Source of the DNA: a virus
Lineage: Duplodnaviria; Caudoviricetes
Virus record (IMG/VR): IMGVR_UViG_3300034349_000003
Coordinates: 1 to 41,653 of that record
DNA: 41,653 nucleotides
Direction: 5' to 3' (one strand)
Shown: in pieces, positions 31,857-41,653 of the stretch
How the letters are laid out: every line of letters starts with the position of its first letter
Position numbering within the stretch: position 1 is the first letter of the stretch
Notes under the pieces: generated by a model
The model's input: the letters and a program-made list of their open reading frames with translations, nothing else
Told to the model about the DNA's origin: nothing
The model's database searches: none
Made by a program: the position numbers and the translations under genes

Positions 31857-34390
31857 CCAAGCAGACCGGGAACTACGAGTCCCTGATTCGCGGTGTATCC
31901 GAGCAAGTAGCTCACCAGCGGTATCCCGGTCAGCATTGGGCTCAGGACAACATGGTTTCTGACCCGGTGCGCGGGCTGGTTCGCCGCGCTGGCAGCGTGA
32001 AGAAAGACGAGCTGCTGACAACTGCCACGCTGTCGCCTGCAACTGAGGCTGACCTTGAGGACTACCGGGAACACTCCCTGTACCTCGGCAATACCGAATA
32101 TGGCTTCATGTTCCGGCACGGAGCCAAGCCAGTCGGCAGCACGGCGCCGGGGATCATCGCAGTGGACAAGACTCTGCGCAAGTTCATGCCTGTGCAGATC
32201 AGCGGCGGTGACGCCACTATGGCTGCCGTGCTGGACACCGGGATCTCGTCGGTGACATCCGCTGGCCGGTTCATCCTGATGGCTGCAAAGCAGGTGCCAA
32301 CGACTTACTCTGACGCAACTCCGTGGGAGGCTGACAATCGCGGAGTGGCGGTGGTGAAGGGTGGCAACTACAGCCGCACGTACACCCTGAAGGCCACGCA
32401 TACGAACGGCAACTCGTACACCGGGATCTACACAACGCCTACCTCGTACTATCCGGGCGTTCTGGACACGAGCGACATCCTGACATCTAACCCAGATTAC
32501 AACAAGATGGTGAACGACAGGATCTACGCCTACCAGACGGCAGTGAACCAGTGGATCGGTAGCTCTGCCGCAGCAATCGTACCAGCCAGCATTGCAGCGA
32601 ACCTGCGGAACGCATTGGTTGCAAACGGCTTCCCGTCTAGTGACGCGGCAAACCTCGGCGCAGACGGCACAATCGTCTTCGTTAACATCACGAAGCTGAG
32701 CATCACTGACAGCTCGGATGGTAGCCAAGTGGACGCGGTGTTCCGAGAAGTGGACAGCATCAACAACCTGAGCGTCTACCACATCCCCGGCAAGGTCGTC
32801 AAGGTGTCGCCACGGTTGACATCTGGCGGGGATCAGAAGTCCTTCTACGTTAAAGCACGGGCAGTGCCCGAGGCCGTTCCGGTAGGTGGTGGATGGACCC
32901 GCGTGATTTGGGAAGAGACAGCAGGCACCGTCGTCACGCCGGGATTCGTCACGCTGGTCGGGACAATCGTCTCCGGCACACTGTACATGGCTAGCTCTGC
33001 GACCATCTTGCAGAGCATCGCAGGAGTGTCCCCACCGAGCTGGGCTACCAGTAGCTCCGGGGATTACGACAGCCAGCCGTTGCCCAATATGTTCGGGAAG
33101 ACGATCAACTACCTACGGGTGTTCCAAGATCGCCTGATGGTTGTGGCCGGGTCAACGGTGCTGCTCTCCAGAAGCGGCGACTACTTCAACTTCTTCAAAT
33201 CGTCAGCGCTTATCACAGCGAACGACGACCCGATTGAAGTGTTCGCACTGGGCTCCGAAGACGACGTTATCACAGACGGCGCGCTGTTGGACCGGGACTT
33301 GCTACTGTTCGGCAACGTGTGGCAGTACGCAATCTCTGGCCGGGAAGCAATGCTCCCGCAGAACCCGTACATGGCGATCCAGTCGAGCTACGCAGACAGC
33401 AACCGCTGCCCGCCAGTGAGCGCCGGTAACTTGGTGTTCTACACTCAGCCACGCGACCACAAGCTGACATTGCAGCAGATGCAGACAGGAGCTTACGCTG
33501 GCACGGTTGCAACCTTTGAGGTCACGCAACAGCTCAGCAAGTACCTGCAAGGCAGCCCGAAAGGTCTGGTCGCAACAACCTCTCCCTCGGCGATCTTCGT
33601 GCGGACGGACGGTCTTAAGAATGGCGTGTACGTGTTCAGTTACTTGGACGCACCGGGCCAAACAGAGCGCCTGTTCGATAGCTGGAGCCGCTGGACGTGG
33701 GACGAAAACATGGGAGTGCTGGCCGGTATCACCGGTAAAGACGGCGCCATGATGACCGTCACACTGCGGCAGGGAACCGCTGGCACGTACCTCGTGCTGG
33801 ACGAGTTCTCGCTTAACGCATCACTCAGCACCTTGCCGTACCTCGACAGCATGCGCGTACTGGGCACACCGGGCACACTGACACCAGATCTCTACGGAGA
33901 CATCTGCGCAGTTGCAATGGACGCTACAGCAGACGAGTTCTTCCTGATCGGGCGCAGTTACGCCATGGTCAACCAGCTAACCGCAGAGTTCCCGGACGAC
34001 GTGGGGAGTATGCAGCTCGGCTTCAACTACGACAGCGCCGTCGTCCTGACCAACCCGTACATGCGGGACTCGGACGGCAAGGCGATCCTCGACGGGCGCC
34101 TGACTCTAGGCACGCTGGTCGTAACGCTGGTTGATAGCGCCGCAGTAAAGGCACGCACTCTGGATCTGGAGACACTGGATCAAACAGAGGTCGAGGTGCT
34201 GAACTGGGTAGCGCGACCAGCCGGTGCATGGGTTCTGAACAGACAGCAGATCGAAGAGTCCGCCAACATTACAGTCGGCGTGTACAAGGAGATCCGCAAC
34301 GTCAAGGTCAAACTCCATAGCCGCTCTTGGCTACCGTTCGGGCTTTCCGCAATCGAGTGGTCAGGGCAATTCTTCACAAGGAGAGCATAA
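31853..34390 (+). CDS. Tail tubular protein B (nozzle)
   Basis: LIRGVSEQ, NMVSDPVRGLVRR, FQDRL, SRSGDYFNFF and SWSRW motifs of the T7 gp12 family. Confidence 0.92.
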   Translation: MTKQTGNYESLIRGVSEQVAHQRYPGQHWAQDNMVSDPVRGLVRRAGSVKKDELLTTATLSPATEADLEDYREHSLYLGNTEYGFMFRHGAKPVGSTAPGIIAVDKTLRKFMPVQISGGDATMAAVLDTGISSVTSAGRFILMAAKQVPTTYSDATPWEADNRGVAVVKGGNYSRTYTLKATHTNGNSYTGIYTTPTSYYPGVLDTSDILTSNPDYNKMVNDRIYAYQTAVNQWIGSSAAAIVPASIAANLRNALVANGFPSSDAANLGADGTIVFVNITKLSITDSSDGSQVDAVFREVDSINNLSVYHIPGKVVKVSPRLTSGGDQKSFYVKARAVPEAVPVGGGWTRVIWEETAGTVVTPGFVTLVGTIVSGTLYMASSATILQSIAGVSPPSWATSSSGDYDSQPLPNMFGKTINYLRVFQDRLMVVAGSTVLLSRSGDYFNFFKSSALITANDDPIEVFALGSEDDVITDGALLDRDLLLFGNVWQYAISGREAMLPQNPYMAIQSSYADSNRCPPVSAGNLVFYTQPRDHKLTLQQMQTGAYAGTVATFEVTQQLSKYLQGSPKGLVATTSPSAIFVRTDGLKNGVYVFSYLDAPGQTERLFDSWSRWTWDENMGVLAGITGKDGAMMTVTLRQGTAGTYLVLDEFSLNASLSTLPYLDSMRVLGTPGTLTPDLYGDICAVAMDATADEFFLIGRSYAMVNQLTAEFPDDVGSMQLGFNYDSAVVLTNPYMRDSDGKAILDGRLTLGTLVVTLVDSAAVKARTLDLETLDQTEVEVLNWVARPAGAWVLNRQQIEESANITVGVYKEIRNVKVKLHSRSWLPFGLSAIEWSGQFFTRRA

Positions 34391-35142
34391 TGTTTTGGGT
34401 TCTAGCAGCAATGGCCGTAATGGGCGCTGTTAAGGGCCAGAACGAAGCCAAGGCAACGAACATCACCAACAAGGCCAACACGAAGATCGCTAACCTGCAA
34501 CGGGAAGTGAGCAACGAGAAGGCCGGGGCAACTGCTTCCCTGAACCGGATGACACAGAGTATCAAGAACAACGACATGCTTCGCCAAGGCGGGGAGGTGT
34601 CGAATGATATTTCTAAGAAGCAACTGGAACTCGGGGAGCAGATGACCAAGGGAGGTTTCTCCCAACGGTTGAAGGCAGCGCAGGAGGCAGGGGCTTTGGC
34701 CGCTGCTTCAGGTGCCGCTGGCGTGGGTGGTGGTTCGGTGCAGATGATGGACAACGTACTGGACCTCAACGCTCAGATCGAGCAGAACGACGCGGAGACG
34801 ATCTTTAACCGACAGATCTTTCAGTTGGATGAAGACCGCCGCGAAGTGCAATACCAGATGTACAACAGCTTGGACACCAACATCTTCCAAGCCAACGCTC
34901 GGTTCGCCGAGATCCAAGGGCCGGCCAAGAAGAACACGAGCATCGGAACCTTCGCAGCGCAGGCAGGTGCAAACCTGCTGGGACAGATGTACAGCTCAGG
35001 GACATTCAGCAAGGGCGGCTCGTTAGACCTCAGCGAATCTGCTGGTGGCTTCTCCGGGTTGTTCAAGCGGACGTTCAGCAAGGGCAGTGCAGATAGCGGA
35101 GGGACGGGCTCCGGGTTTGAACTCGGCAGCACACTACTTTAA
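34390..35142 (+). CDS. Internal virion protein (gp14-like)
   Basis: TAATG overlap; hydrophobic N-terminus and AAASGAAGVGGGSV motif; synteny. Confidence 0.8.
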   Translation: MFWVLAAMAVMGAVKGQNEAKATNITNKANTKIANLQREVSNEKAGATASLNRMTQSIKNNDMLRQGGEVSNDISKKQLELGEQMTKGGFSQRLKAAQEAGALAAASGAAGVGGGSVQMMDNVLDLNAQIEQNDAETIFNRQIFQLDEDRREVQYQMYNSLDTNIFQANARFAEIQGPAKKNTSIGTFAAQAGANLLGQMYSSGTFSKGGSLDLSESAGGFSGLFKRTFSKGSADSGGTGSGFELGSTLL

Positions 35143-35151
35143 GGAACCACT

Positions 35152-37443
35152 ATGGCACTCGGGTCGAAACAAAGCTACGGAGTCAGCGGCAGTCCAACGC
35201 CGCAGTTCCAAGGCGTAGTAGAATCTGAGCCAGTCAACGAAGGGCTCGCCGGTTTCGTAATGAAGCTAGGCGAGCGCTACGCTGGGGCGAAGATCGCAGA
35301 GAAACAGCAGGACATGTTCCGACAAGGCATGCAGCGCGTGGCAACAGGCGAGGCATTGTCGGACATCAAGAAAGACGACCCAGCGTTTGCTAACGTGTTC
35401 GGGCCGACCGCCACACTGCGCGGTGCTCAGGCTATGGCTAAGGTCAAGGGCGTTGACGATGTCACGACCGAGATCTACAACCAGATGCCAGCACTGGCAA
35501 AGATGGACCCGTCAGCAGCCGGTAAGGTGATGATGCAGTCCATGCAGAAGCATCTGACAGGCGACAACGAAGTAGACAACGTCCTTCAGATGAAGATCGT
35601 GGAGCAACTCCCGACCTTGATGAAGGCGCAAAGCAAAGCGAACTACGCTTACGTGCAAAGCGAGAGCGCCCGGCAATACTCCGGGATGGTGAACAGCGCA
35701 GCCAACACGATCCAAGGCGCGGCGCTCAACCGAGCAAACGGCATCACCAACGACGAAGACTTCACTGCTGCCAAGCAGAACGCTCTCCTAAGCCTTCGCC
35801 AGCCGCAGGGAATGGACGACGCAACGTACCGCGAGACAGTGAAGAAGCTGGCCATCAACCAGATGGCGCAGGGCAATCACTGGATCGACCGCTGGATGAA
35901 TGAGCGCGTTGATGGGCACCCAAGCTTCTACGAGTCAGTGCTCGACACGGACGATCAAACCGCAGTCATCAAGGCTCGGCAGGAAGCAGAATCCACAACC
36001 GCCAAGCAGTACGGATTCAATCAGTACGGTGCAGCCATTGCACAGCTTAGCGGGCAATCCGCAGGCATGAGTTCGGCACAGATCCAGACTCAAGTGCTCC
36101 GAATCAATGAGCAGTACATGGCCGAGACAGGTTCCCAGTCCGGTATCATCACGCAAAGTGATATGATGTCCATGCAGAAGGGCAGCTACCAGCGGGCATT
36201 CCGCTTGCAGGATAAGCGCGCCGAGCAGAACTACGCCAGCCAGCTCCGCACAGCGGAAGACGCGGCAAAGCAGACAGCACAGATCAAGACGGCGATCACG
36301 CTGGCGGAATCTGGTGCGGGCAAGTTCGGTATCTCGTCTGGTGTGCCTAAACCTGAATACGATCAGATGGTGTTCGACTCGTGGCAGGTAAAGCAGTCGA
36401 TGCGAACTCCTGAAGAGGCGTCGTCGTTCATCGTCAAGAACTACACGCACGGCAACGAGTACGTCAACCCGCAACTCAGCAGCATGATGCAGGAACCGTT
36501 CCGGCAACTGGAAGGCGGTGGACCAATCGGCGAAGAGTTCGACCGCACACAGCAGATCTACACGCAACTGATCTCTCAACCAGACGGTCAGGCTGCTGCT
36601 GATGCGTACCTCGGCACCGAGAACGCAATCCGCATGGAGCAATACAACCGGTTCATCAAATCCGGTTCGTTGAGTCGCATTGAGGCCGCTCAGGCGGTGT
36701 TCGGCAAGCCGCTGGTGAAGAACCCCGGCATCACTACTGCCGACAACAAGGACGTGCTGGACAGTGCGCTCAAGAAGCTCAGCCAGCAGGGCGGCGGCGG
36801 TTCGTGGTTACGTGGCATCCCTGATATGGACGACGGCAACAAGGCGATCCTTATGGAAGCAGCCGGCCCGGACATGCAGTTGCTTATGGACAACCTGAAC
36901 TTCACACCAGAGCAGGCTGCAAAGCGTGCTGCCCCGGCTGTTCTGCGCAAGCTTGACATCCTCGGCCCTGCTGTAATCCGCAAAGCGCCCGGTCAGGATT
37001 CACTGGCTCAGGCAATCGGTGGTACACAGGAGGATGCCGGTCGTGCGTTCTTCGAGACTGCGGCAACGGAAGCCCGCAAGCAGGGCGTAAACGTGGCGCT
37101 CGGTGGCTGGTTCGAATCTGCACTCGGTCGCCGCACTGCCGAGGCTGAGTACGAGGTTGATCCAAACCAACGTGGTGCAATGGGTGGGCAGAAGCTACGC
37201 AAACGGGAAGGTGCAGGTTCGGAAGCATCGACTTTCAGCGGCAAGTTCTCCCCGTGGCAGGCTATGACCACACACGGAAAGCTGCAAGTAAACCGGTTGA
37301 AAGACCAAACCATCGACGGCGAAACCGTTCAGATCTACCACACAACTGTCGTCACTCCGAGTGGCGAGTCAGCATCGTTTACCTTCGATAGTCGTCAAGT
37401 GCGTAAGCAATTTGAGACTGTGCGTGTGAAGGGAGCTAAATAA
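35152..37443 (+). CDS. Internal virion protein (gp15-like)
   Basis: 763-aa helical protein; synteny. Confidence 0.8.
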   Translation: MALGSKQSYGVSGSPTPQFQGVVESEPVNEGLAGFVMKLGERYAGAKIAEKQQDMFRQGMQRVATGEALSDIKKDDPAFANVFGPTATLRGAQAMAKVKGVDDVTTEIYNQMPALAKMDPSAAGKVMMQSMQKHLTGDNEVDNVLQMKIVEQLPTLMKAQSKANYAYVQSESARQYSGMVNSAANTIQGAALNRANGITNDEDFTAAKQNALLSLRQPQGMDDATYRETVKKLAINQMAQGNHWIDRWMNERVDGHPSFYESVLDTDDQTAVIKARQEAESTTAKQYGFNQYGAAIAQLSGQSAGMSSAQIQTQVLRINEQYMAETGSQSGIITQSDMMSMQKGSYQRAFRLQDKRAEQNYASQLRTAEDAAKQTAQIKTAITLAESGAGKFGISSGVPKPEYDQMVFDSWQVKQSMRTPEEASSFIVKNYTHGNEYVNPQLSSMMQEPFRQLEGGGPIGEEFDRTQQIYTQLISQPDGQAAADAYLGTENAIRMEQYNRFIKSGSLSRIEAAQAVFGKPLVKNPGITTADNKDVLDSALKKLSQQGGGGSWLRGIPDMDDGNKAILMEAAGPDMQLLMDNLNFTPEQAAKRAAPAVLRKLDILGPAVIRKAPGQDSLAQAIGGTQEDAGRAFFETAATEARKQGVNVALGGWFESALGRRTAEAEYEVDPNQRGAMGGQKLRKREGAGSEASTFSGKFSPWQAMTTHGKLQVNRLKDQTIDGETVQIYHTTVVTPSGESASFTFDSRQVRKQFETVRVKGAK

Positions 37444-37458
37444 CCCAGAGGATTAAGC

Positions 37459-40400
37459 ATGTCCGACGTTAAAGATTACATGAGTCAAGGCAACACAACC
37501 CGCGTCGGACCTGCCCCGTCCGCTGGCACTGACAGCACCCGCGACCAAGCCCGCGAACAGGACTACGGGGACTTCTCCAACGTGGTTCCAGACGCCAGCA
37601 TGGGTCGACGGGCGCAGCAGGAGAAGCTGTCAAAGGTAGAGAAGTTCAGTCAGTACACAAACGAGTCGAGGGCGGCAATCGTCGCTCATGCGAACGGTGA
37701 GAACAACCAGCAAGTGGATGCCGCGATCAGCGATGCGTCCAATGCTTACTTGGCCAAGCCCCGCCACGAGCGGGATGTGCCAACGATCACCGGCGACGAG
37801 GTGGTAGAAGACACCACGCTGGCTGACATGAAGAAACTCGCCGACGAGAACACCAAGGCTCTGGCGTACCAGAAGTCTGTGGACGTTCCCGACATGACTG
37901 CTGCGGCTTACCGGGAAATGACCGGCACAAGCGCAGTGCTTACCAGCATTATGGAGCACGCTGATGGAACACGTACCTTCACAGACGACCCGCTGTTCGA
38001 TCCAATGTCGGATCGTAAGGTGTGGGGACAAAACATGCCCGCCGTCGATCAGGAATGGGTCGCGGATAGCAGCTCGGCAAAAGAGCGTGAGTGGAAACTC
38101 GGGAGACTCAACGAACGTCAAGAGAACTTCCGTACCATCGGGGCTCACGGCGCTGGTGCAGCGACCTTCGTTAGCCTTGGTGCTGGTATTCTGGACCCCG
38201 TCGGCTGGGTTGCTGGGCTGGGCGTTGGGAAAGTGGCTCAGCTCGCTAACGTAGGCGCCAAGACCTACACAATGACTCGCGGTATCACAGAGGGCATCAT
38301 CGGCAACACGCTGATTGAGGCCACAATGCAAGCCTCTGGCGACCACGTAACCGCTGCGGACTACGTCTATGCAGCAGCGTTCGGTGCGATCTTCGGTGCA
38401 GGCGGTGCAGCTATCGCCAACCGTGTCCGCACAGTCCACCCGGACAACGAATCCCGCCCGGATGTCCACCGAGAGGCAGATGACGCCGCTCAGGCATCCG
38501 ACCTGCAAGCACAAGACATCCAGAACAACACCACAGAGTTCATGCACGGGCTGTGGCTGGAAGCGCAAACCCGCGCAGGGCCGAACGCCACACCGGATCA
38601 GATCGCTCAGGTAGCCACCAACATCCAGTACGAGCGTGCGAACGCATTCCGTGAGGCTGCTCACCGCCCAATGGCGGACAACGAGCGACTGATGCCTGAC
38701 ATTGACGAGCTGCCGGGCCAGACGCCGTCCACAGCGGCTGCTGCGGTCCCGTCCAGCATGGATGGTAGCCTGACTGCCAATCTAGAGTCCCAGTTCTCCC
38801 CGCTGGCAGACCGTATGGCAGTAGGCGAGCGCTACGGCGTAACCGCAGACACCGTGCCGGACAACGCACAGCGCCTGATCGACACCGAAATGCTGCTCCG
38901 CATTGACCAGCAGGCACCAACCTTCGACGAGGCACGCCTGCACACGCTGTCGAAGCTCATGCCGAACGCCCTGCAAAGCACCGCCATGATCCTTGCGCGG
39001 TCTAAGCACCCCGGTATGCGCTGGATAGCCGGGCACCTGCTGGAGCAGCCTACACAGGCCGCAGGCCCACGCAGCACAGCGGCAGTAGAGCATGCGATCC
39101 GGGAACGTGAGTACAACGCACCGATAACCCAGTACCAAGATCTATACGTGGCGTGGAGGAACCAGAACGGCGGTAGCACGCTGAAGGACATCTTCACCAA
39201 GGCTCAGCACTGGACTGAGTTCAACAGGGCAGTAAGTGACGCACGGAGAGCCCGAGCAATGGGCATGCGCAACGTGGAGCACCCTACCATCCGCGAGGCT
39301 GCGGACATCATGGACGGGGCGTATGACCGCCTACGTAACGATCAGCGTACCAGCAAGACCTTGGGCAGTGAGAACCTGCCCGACAGCAGCATAGGGTACT
39401 TCACCCGTGCCATTGACGCACGCTGGCTGCTGGCCAACCCAACCAAGCGGGAGCCTATCCGCGCCGAGATCGAACGCCAGCTTTATGATAGCTGGAGAGA
39501 GTTCAGCAACGGTAATAAGTTCGCCAAGGAGACAGCATCACGGTACATCGACCGGGCAATCCGGGAGGCGCACGGCGGCGGCATGGTCCCAACCAACATC
39601 CACGATCCGCATGCAGCCGCTGGCCTGCGTGATGCGCTAGCACAGGGCACGAACCTGTCGCCGGAGGACATCACCAAGTACATCGACCGCATCAGCCGAG
39701 GCGGTGCCAAGCACACCAAGAGCCGACTGGACCTCGATACCACTGGTACACTGAAGGACAGCAACGGTGCGGACTTCAACCTTGCAGACGCCTTCGTCAA
39801 CGATCAGGTTGCCCTGTACCGCTCCCAAGCCCGCCGAGTAAACGGGGAAGTCACTCTGACGAGACGCGGTATCCAAGGCCGCAAGGGCTTTGCACAGCTA
39901 CGTGACCTAATTACACTGCGCTCCGAGGCAGGTAAAGAGGCGTCGGCATCCGAACTGCGCGCACTGGATCAGGTAATCGCGGAGTTCACCGGGCAGTCGT
40001 TCGGTAGCAGCAATCGGGCACTTGACAACGTCCGTGTCCTGACCACCGTGTCCAAGCTGGGTCAGATGGTAGTACCGCAACTTGCGGAGACAGCCAACTT
40101 GGCGACCACCCTCGGCGTGCAAAGTGCCCTGCGGTTCAGCAAGGAGCTTCCGCGACTGATCTCCGAGGTCCGCAAGGGCAAGAAGAACCCTATTCTGGAC
40201 TCTCTGGAGATTCCGGGAGGGCGTATCGGGGAAGAGCACTCGGCAATCATGCCGTGGCAGGACTTGGACAACATCGAACTGGCTGGCCGGGATGCCCCGG
40301 ACATGCTCAGCCGCGCTCTGCGGGCCGGTTCGAACGCTCAGGCACTGGCAACAGGCTTCCGCTACCTGCACGCTGCACAGGTTCGCGGTGCATCGGAGCA

Positions 40401-41169
40401 GATTCTGCACAAGACACTGCGCTTTGTGCGTACCGGCGAGAACTCCGCAGCACTCCGCAGCATGGGGTTCAACGAAGAGTTGTCCGCAGCGCTCAAGGCT
40501 GACCTGAAGAACTTCGCCAAATTCGACGCAGACGGCAATCTGGTGGCGCTGGACATCAAGCAGGCCACTGACCCGCAGGCAATGCTCGCTCTACAGCAGT
40601 TGACAGAGCGCGGTGCCAAGCAGATCATTCAAGGAACATTCATCGGGGAGCGCGGGGCGTATGTCCATGACAGCTTCCTGAAGATCCTGACGCAGTTCCG
40701 TAGCTTCAGCATCGTATCCATGGACAAGCAGCTCTCCCGAGTCCGCGCTGACCAAGGTACAGCTAAGGCGATGGGCCTGTTGCTTGGTCAAATGTCGTTC
40801 GCAGTCCCTATCCACCTTGCCCGTGTGCAGCTCAACGCCAGCACCATGGAGGCAAAACGCCGTGAAGAGTACCTTAAGACCCAGCTTGCACCAGACATGC
40901 TCGCCAGATCGACACTCAACTATTCCTCGTTGGGAGGTCTTGCTGGTGACATTGTGGACGCTGGTGCTGCTTTGGGCGGTCTGGAAATGTCTGGAGTTCG
41001 CTCTGGTCAAAGCAGCTTCTCTGGTAATATCCCAGCCATTGGCTATGCTGATGGGCTTGTTCGGGGCATTACCAACAAGGATTTTAGCGCCCTTGTGAAG
41101 TCACTACCCGGTGGCAACACCGTGTACCTAACACCTCTCGCCAACGGGCTGCATAGCCTACAACACTGA
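37459..41169 (+). CDS. Internal virion protein (gp16-like)
   Basis: 1236 aa with Gly/Ala hydrophobic segments and C-terminal TQFRSFSIVSMDKQ; precedes the tail fibre. Confidence 0.85.
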   Translation: MSDVKDYMSQGNTTRVGPAPSAGTDSTRDQAREQDYGDFSNVVPDASMGRRAQQEKLSKVEKFSQYTNESRAAIVAHANGENNQQVDAAISDASNAYLAKPRHERDVPTITGDEVVEDTTLADMKKLADENTKALAYQKSVDVPDMTAAAYREMTGTSAVLTSIMEHADGTRTFTDDPLFDPMSDRKVWGQNMPAVDQEWVADSSSAKEREWKLGRLNERQENFRTIGAHGAGAATFVSLGAGILDPVGWVAGLGVGKVAQLANVGAKTYTMTRGITEGIIGNTLIEATMQASGDHVTAADYVYAAAFGAIFGAGGAAIANRVRTVHPDNESRPDVHREADDAAQASDLQAQDIQNNTTEFMHGLWLEAQTRAGPNATPDQIAQVATNIQYERANAFREAAHRPMADNERLMPDIDELPGQTPSTAAAAVPSSMDGSLTANLESQFSPLADRMAVGERYGVTADTVPDNAQRLIDTEMLLRIDQQAPTFDEARLHTLSKLMPNALQSTAMILARSKHPGMRWIAGHLLEQPTQAAGPRSTAAVEHAIREREYNAPITQYQDLYVAWRNQNGGSTLKDIFTKAQHWTEFNRAVSDARRARAMGMRNVEHPTIREAADIMDGAYDRLRNDQRTSKTLGSENLPDSSIGYFTRAIDARWLLANPTKREPIRAEIERQLYDSWREFSNGNKFAKETASRYIDRAIREAHGGGMVPTNIHDPHAAAGLRDALAQGTNLSPEDITKYIDRISRGGAKHTKSRLDLDTTGTLKDSNGADFNLADAFVNDQVALYRSQARRVNGEVTLTRRGIQGRKGFAQLRDLITLRSEAGKEASASELRALDQVIAEFTGQSFGSSNRALDNVRVLTTVSKLGQMVVPQLAETANLATTLGVQSALRFSKELPRLISEVRKGKKNPILDSLEIPGGRIGEEHSAIMPWQDLDNIELAGRDAPDMLSRALRAGSNAQALATGFRYLHAAQVRGASEQILHKTLRFVRTGENSAALRSMGFNEELSAALKADLKNFAKFDADGNLVALDIKQATDPQAMLALQQLTERGAKQIIQGTFIGERGAYVHDSFLKILTQFRSFSIVSMDKQLSRVRADQGTAKAMGLLLGQMSFAVPIHLARVQLNASTMEAKRREEYLKTQLAPDMLARSTLNYSSLGGLAGDIVDAGAALGGLEMSGVRSGQSSFSGNIPAIGYADGLVRGITNKDFSALVKSLPGGNTVYLTPLANGLHSLQH

Positions 41170-41186
41170 TGCCAGTGGCCGTCGTA

Positions 41187-41207
41187 ATTGACGGCCTCTA
41201 GGTAAGA
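41187..41207 (+). promoter_or_regulatory. Phage RNAP promoter, copy 4 (tail fibre, packaging and lysis genes)
   Basis: Same 21-mer, upstream of the TAAGGAG RBS. Confidence 0.9.
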
Positions 41208-41227
41208 AATTCACTAAGGAGACATCC

Positions 41228-41653
41228 GTGTCCGACTTCTTGGCTACAAACGAATTCCCCGGCACGGGTGCTGCCATGCAGGTTGACATCAACTTTGCAG
41301 GCGTCCGTCTGGATGACCCGCTCCACCCGCCTCCGTACTTTGAGGTCGATGACGTTAAGGCTGTCATCATCACACCGGCAACACCGCTCACCGTAGAGGT
41401 GCAGACCCCGGTTGCGCTGGCCAAGATCAATGACCTGACGTTCACCACTGCACCGACCGTTGTGCCGCTGGGCCAGATCCTCCGTGTGTACCGCGACACC
41501 GACATCGAATTCCCGATTGTGGACTTCGTCAGCTTGCAAGTCGTGACGGAATCCGACCTCGACAACCAAGCGAAGCAGACGCTGTACGCTGTGATGGAAG
41601 CCCGCGACAACGCGGCAATCGCCATCGACCGCGCAGAATCCTCAGGCGCTGTG
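41228..41653 (+). CDS. Tail fibre, 5' part (T7 gp17-like adaptor domain; not in the ORF track)
   Basis: TAAGGAG RBS with GTG start; MSDFLATNEFPG...LRVYRDTD...VDF...TESDLD; continues at position 128. Confidence 0.9.
   Translation, partial: MSDFLATNEFPGTGAAMQVDINFAGVRLDDPLHPPPYFEVDDVKAVIITPATPLTVEVQTPVALAKINDLTFTTAPTVVPLGQILRVYRDTDIEFPIVDFVSLQVVTESDLDNQAKQTLYAVMEARDNAAIAIDRAESSGAV

Noticed and set aside
41527-41653. 127-nt direct repeat at both ends as the biological terminal repeat
   Set aside because: It lies mid-gene in the tail fibre and equals a typical assembler k-mer; the real ends are expected in the 6.0-6.5 kb non-coding region.
1-41653. Prophage or temperate lifestyle
   Set aside because: No integrase, repressor or host flanking genes; the layout is circularly permuted with all genes on one strand.

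Overview
The window appears to be a complete, circularly permuted lytic podophage genome of the T7 supergroup (Autographiviridae-like). Unit length is 41,526 bp; the last 127 nt repeat the first 127 nt, an assembly overlap that splits the tail-fibre gene. All credible genes are on the + strand. Order from the probable physical left end (about 6.1-6.5 kb): a non-coding control region (phage promoter, short repeats, four tandem sigma70 promoters, boxA); early/host-takeover genes (7.6-14.0 kb, including a GNAT, a 2OG-Fe(II) oxygenase, a lipoprotein and micro-peptides); a replication module (primase, DnaB helicase, family A polymerase, SSB-like protein, exonuclease, endonuclease VII, phosphoesterase, dATP/dGTP diphosphohydrolase-like protein, ligase) ending in the single-subunit RNA polymerase, which is the phiKMV-type late-RNAP layout; then portal, scaffold, capsid, tail tubes, three internal virion proteins, tail fibre, holin, terminases, SAR endolysin and spanins. 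A Gram-negative host, probably a pseudomonad, is inferred but not shown. The most striking unexplained element is a region of about 450 nt (7081-7530) with no credible ORF, packed with nested helices and GNRA/UUCG tetraloops. It lies between the last host promoter and a long RNase III-like stem, and is a candidate large structured ncRNA made immediately after DNA entry. Other oddities are two convergent sigma54-type sites, hairpin-embedded copies of the 21-bp phage promoter, a tandem paralog pair after terL, and apparent CCWGG/CTGCAG avoidance. All assignments come from reading motifs by eye; no searches or folding programs were run.
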